64,000 nucleotides of DNA from an uncultured delta proteobacterium (GTDB taxonomy: Bacteria > Desulfobacterota > Binatia > Binatales > Binataceae), in contig CAWBJH010000001.1 of assembly GCA_963789115.1 (NCBI GenBank), positions 72,816-136,815 of the forward strand, in the 5' to 3' direction. Position 1 is the first letter of the stretch, and the number at the start of each line of letters is the position of its first letter. The translations under genes and the position numbers were made by a program. The notes under the pieces were generated by a model, which saw only the letters and a program-made list of their open reading frames with translations, was not told where the DNA came from and ran no database searches. Shown here in pieces: positions 62,463-64,000 of the stretch.

Positions 62463-64000
62463 TCAGGCCTTGCTCGCGCGAGCCGCGGGAGGCGGCGGCT
62501 CCTGGGTCTGGCCGGCGGCGGGCTGGACGCCGTCGGGATTGGGCTGCAAGTTCGCGGCGGCCTGTGGAATCAGGCGGATCGAGGGGTCGCGCTTGAAGGA
62601 GTCGAGCAGCCGGCGCGAAATCTCGTCCATCACCTGGTTTCGCACCCGCACGTCGACCGGATAGCGCACGGTGAGGCGGACTCCCTCGGGGCTGAGCTTG
62701 ATGCGGCTTTGCGGGCGGGGCGGCTCCATCTTGAGGTTGAAGCGCCGCGCCATCTGGCGCGACTCCGCGCGCGCCACGTCGCGATAGCGGGCGAAGACCT
62801 CGTCCACCGCCTCGGTGAGCCGCTTCTCAACCATCCGGTAGTCACAATCCGGCGAGATCATCAGCTCGATTTCGTCCCATCCCAGGCCGGTGCCGTAGGC
62901 GCGATTGGCGAACTTGTCGCGGAATACCACCGAGTTGGGCAGTACCGCGAGCCTGCCGGTGGGCTCGCGCTGGCCGCCTTCGCCGCCCAGCTCCATCAGC
63001 GTGAGCTTGGTCAGCCCGATGTTGATTACTTCGCCGCGCACGCCCTGCACTTCGATCCAGTCGCCGATCTTGATCCCGAAGCGGCCGCCGATCCGGAAGT
63101 ATCCCGCGATCGACAGGATCACGTCCTGCAGGGCGACCGCGATGCCGGCGGTGGCCAGCCCGATCATGGTGGCGAGCGAGCTGATCTCACTGACGAACTC
63201 GAAGGCCAGCACGATCGCAATCAGGATACCGATCACAACGTTGCGCAACAGCACCATCTGGCTGCGGCGGTGGCGGTCCTCAACGTAGCGGGAAGCGACG
63301 CTGCGCCACCCCATCCCGACCGCGAGCAGAACGGCAAGGATTATCGAGAGCGTGATCGCGCGTGTTACCAATCCCGAGAGTTCTGCGATCGCGCGCTGGG
63401 CCTCCTCGTCCCTCCATCCCTTGAGGTTGGCGTCGTAGCGCGCGAACAGCAGCGACATCCTGGAGAGGGGGAGCAGCGCCGCGGCGATTTGCTTGCGCCG
63501 GTCGAGCAGGACCTCGAACTGCCTTTTGCGTGCCTCGATCGTAGCGGGGCTCTCGCCCGGCTCGGCGCCGGCTTGGCCGACAAGCCCGCGCGCGGCGGCG
63601 CCGAGCTGGATCATCGCCTGTTGAAGCGCCGAGCGGCTTTGATGGGTCGCGTCCCTGAGCCCGTCGGTCTCCGCTATTCGCCGCTCGATCGAATCGATCT
63701 TCTGGCGCAGCCGCAGCCAGGCCCGCCCCCGGTCGAGGAGTGCAGTGGGCTCGACTGCGGGTTCGGGCCGGGACAGATTGCCGGCAGGCGCAGCGGGCGC
63801 GCCCTCGCCGCCGGCTTGCGGCGTCGTGCGTTCCAGTTCGTCGATTTGATTGAGCAGCGTGCCGGCAGCATTGCTGCTTTCGGCGCCGCCCTCGAACTGG
63901 CTCATGGTCGCCAGAAGGTCGGCCCGCGACTGCGCCAATGCGAGCTGGTTCTGCGCGTCGGCCAGTTCGCCCGCGACCTGATCGCGTTTGCGCCTGGGCG
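62463..64000 (-). CDS. Mechanosensitive channel, MscS/MscK-like, with a long N-terminal coiled-coil domain. Its 5' end probably lies beyond the window
   Basis: TM3 and beta-domain pattern GDWIEVQGVRGEVINIGLTKLTLMEL. The frame stays open to the window end. Confidence 0.7.
   Translation of the reverse strand, partial: PRRKRDQVAGELADAQNQLALAQSRADLLATMSQFEGGAESSNAAGTLLNQIDELERTTPQAGGEGAPAAPAGNLSRPEPAVEPTALLDRGRAWLRLRQKIDSIERRIAETDGLRDATHQSRSALQQAMIQLGAAARGLVGQAGAEPGESPATIEARKRQFEVLLDRRKQIAAALLPLSRMSLLFARYDANLKGWRDEEAQRAIAELSGLVTRAITLSIILAVLLAVGMGWRSVASRYVEDRHRRSQMVLLRNVVIGILIAIVLAFEFVSEISSLATMIGLATAGIAVALQDVILSIAGYFRIGGRFGIKIGDWIEVQGVRGEVINIGLTKLTLMELGGEGGQREPTGRLAVLPNSVVFRDKFANRAYGTGLGWDEIELMISPDCDYRMVEKRLTEAVDEVFARYRDVARAESRQMARRFNLKMEPPRPQSRIKLSPEGVRLTVRYPVDVRVRNQVMDEISRRLLDSFKRDPSIRLIPQAAANLQPNPDGVQPAAGQTQEPPPPAARASKA

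Overview
This is a high-GC (about 65-70%) bacterial chromosomal segment with Gram-negative-type envelope genes. Most of it is housekeeping. Roughly 2.9-16.5 kb holds a minus-strand biosynthesis and proteolysis supercluster: dapA-dapF-[DUF385-like]-lysA(frameshifted)-lipoprotein-argH-[structured repeat]-argG-argF-argD-argB-hslU-hslV-xerC. It is followed by a plus-strand zinc-ribbon/lipoprotein pair and glmU-glmS, with a clear glmS ribozyme in the glmU-glmS spacer. A bacterial class C (IIC) group II intron with its RT/maturase sits in the convergent spacer between glmS and a small lipoprotein gene, inserted immediately after that gene's rho-independent terminator. An accessory-looking block at 23.4-32.3 kb contains a lower-GC Cys-rich secreted protein, a DUF1302-like outer-membrane protein, a decayed IS630 transposase remnant, a DUF1329-like periplasmic protein, and a MacAB-type ABC exporter with its adaptor. 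The remainder carries a CaiB-family CoA-transferase, rpoD, a CaCA antiporter, a cysK-metY-metXW sulfur amino-acid operon, a TauE/SafE exporter, a family-B DNA polymerase that looks pseudogenised, a hicBA toxin-antitoxin cassette flanked by inverted TTTTCAC repeats, a Spy/CpxP-like protein followed by an ECF sigma factor and anti-sigma factor, a fused EtfB-EtfA, a BtuFCD-type ABC importer, a second copy of the structured GC-rich repeat, assorted enzymes, and a partial MscS/MscK channel at the window end. No rRNA, tRNA or CRISPR array was found. All family assignments come from reading the translated ORFs by eye, with no searches run.
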